Part shown: piece after piece, positions 63,003 to 64,000 of the stretch
How the letters are laid out: each line of letters opens with the position of its first letter
How positions within the stretch are numbered: the first letter of the stretch is position 1
NCBI GenBank assembly: GCA_965207845.1
Contig: CBDBNU010000003.1
Location: forward strand, 52,941 to 116,940
Length of the DNA stretch: 64,000 nt
Direction: 5' to 3'
Source: Dehalococcoidia bacterium
GTDB taxonomy: Bacteria > Chloroflexota > Dehalococcoidia > Lucifugimonadales > GCA-2712585
Notes under the pieces: generated by a model
What the model was told of the DNA's origin: nothing
Database searches by the model: none
Seen by the model: only the letters and a program-made list of their open reading frames with translations
Translations under genes and position numbers: made by a program

Positions 63003-63683
63003 ATGCCCAACGCTGAGTCCATGCCCGATTCCACCCCCGGCAACGATGTCTTTCCCCAGTTCGCTACTCTCTATGACCTGGTGGCGCCGGAGGTGGAGGG
63101 ACTCACCGACGCGCAGCTGGACTGGGACTCCCAGCAGTGGGGCTGGGCCAACTGGAGCATCCGCCGCCAGGTGAGCCACATGGCGTCGTTCATTCCAGGC
63201 TGGCTGCTACGCCAGTGGGGATCCCGGCTCTTTCCCGACGGTTTCGAGGAGCTGGACGACTTGCAGCCACTTGTCCCCGAACCTTCCGAAGGGATCGTCC
63301 GCTGGCTTGACGAGACGGAGTTCCGCGACATGGACGACATCCTTGCCCGGCTGGGCAAGTCGCTGGCGCTGGCCCGCTACGTGCTTTCCAGGGAGACGCT
63401 TGGTTCCATGAAGGTGAAGGAAGTCCCCAGGCCGAACACGCCACCTCACTGGCCCCAGTTCGTCAAGGCCCACCCCAGGGGCGTAAGGTGGCACGAGACG
63501 GAGACGTTGTTCACCTACGTCACCCTGGAGGCCACCTTCCGACACCTCTACTTCGAGGTGATCACCCACCTGTACAACGTGCAGCGGCTCAAGCGCGCCC
63601 AGGGAATTCCCACCGTGGTTGAGGTGCCCTACGAAGGCTATTGGGCGCTCCCCGACTGGGACCGCAGCGAAGCGACAGACTAA
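63003..63683 (+). CDS. hypothetical protein (weak DinB/YfiT-like helical-bundle resemblance)
   Basis: LTDAQLDWDS...WSIRRQVSHMA resembles the DinB-family helix 1-2 region. Host-like composition. 9 nt after gyrB. Confidence 0.45.
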   Translation: MPNAESMPDSTPGNDVFPQFATLYDLVAPEVEGLTDAQLDWDSQQWGWANWSIRRQVSHMASFIPGWLLRQWGSRLFPDGFEELDDLQPLVPEPSEGIVRWLDETEFRDMDDILARLGKSLALARYVLSRETLGSMKVKEVPRPNTPPHWPQFVKAHPRGVRWHETETLFTYVTLEATFRHLYFEVITHLYNVQRLKRAQGIPTVVEVPYEGYWALPDWDRSEATD

Positions 63684-64000
63684 GACCCGTCCAGGCCCGG
63701 TACGGGCTGAATCTTCCCCTCCGGCGTGGCCTCCAGCAGGCAACGAAAGTCGTAACCCCGGCGTCGGAGCTCCTCAGAACCGCCCTGATGGCGGTCCAGG
63801 ATCGCCAGCACAACCACCACCTGGTGCCCGCCGGCTTCTGCCGCGTCTACGGCATGAAACAGGGAAGCTCCCGTGCTGCAGGCGTCGTCCACGATGGCGA
63901 CGCTGCTCGTCGGCTCCAGCGGGCCTTCGATGAGGTTGCCCATGCCGTGCTGCTTCCCTTCTTTCCTGACGATGAAGGCGCTGATTGGCCTTTTCTCAAG
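63680..64000 (-). CDS. pyrE: orotate phosphoribosyltransferase, 5' end beyond window
   Basis: The frame stays open to nt 64000 (LEKRPISAFIVRKEGKQHGMGNLIEG). PRPP motif VAIVDDACSTGAS. Confidence 0.85.
   Translation of the reverse strand, partial: LEKRPISAFIVRKEGKQHGMGNLIEGPLEPTSSVAIVDDACSTGASLFHAVDAAEAGGHQVVVVLAILDRHQGGSEELRRRGYDFRCLLEATPEGKIQPVPGLDGS

Noticed and set aside
62538-63743. Minus-strand ORFs 62538-63179 and 63207-63743
   Set aside because: Antisense to gyrB and the following 226-aa gene.
1-64000. Search for transposase, integrase, recombinase or phage structural genes to explain the low-GC islets
   Set aside because: No ORF showed DDE, tyrosine/serine recombinase or phage hallmark motifs that I could recognise. 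Mobility of the islets therefore remains unexplained rather than demonstrated.

Overview
High-GC bacterial chromosomal segment (about 60-65% GC on lines I sampled by eye). The gene content and repeat families suggest Chloroflexota, but that is inference only. About 70 protein genes are supported, and I recognised no rRNA, tRNA, CRISPR array, transposase or integrase. The housekeeping backbone is as follows. iscS/nifS (partial) comes first. An ilvB-ilvN-ilvC operon sits behind a clear T-box leader. A long co-directional minus-strand run follows: TIGR00725 protein, eno, NTase-HEPN fusion, coaE, CbbQ/NorQ ATPase, Nudix, 1084-aa vWA protein. Next is an 11-subunit nuoABC-(orf92)-DHIJKLMN operon without nuoEFG. 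The remaining backbone genes are lpdA plus a short E2 acyltransferase, a double-domain ThyX-like gene, an M20 amidohydrolase, glycerate kinase, fpg/nei, an LLM oxidoreductase, comM, rplI-dnaB-dnaD-dnaI-like, HIT, MBL, apt, a panE-like gene, gyrB and pyrE (partial). Several short lower-GC islets (about 47-50% GC on sampled lines) interrupt this backbone and hold the unusual content. (1) 44.6-46.7 kb: a Yip1-family membrane protein followed by four tandem paralogous mini-proteins ending in a KKxRWWRFF tail, bracketed by 36-nt direct repeats. (2) 27.0-30.0 kb: a three-gene islet encoding a 634-aa GHKL/Bergerat-fold ATPase. (3) 14.7-16.4 kb: unknown 244-aa protein, PIN nuclease and coiled-coil protein. 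(4) 48.3-49.4 kb: a DUF433 / PIN-like pair. Other points of note are a HicB-fold ORF embedded in the nuo operon, a Nudix gene between the MoxR-type ATPase and its vWA partner, a TIMP/NTR-like secreted protein on a tandem-repeat stalk, and GC-rich hairpin repeat arrays flanking the ilv operon. Most other long ORFs in the six-frame track are antisense or off-frame shadows typical of high-GC DNA. All family assignments come from motif recognition by eye, with no database search.
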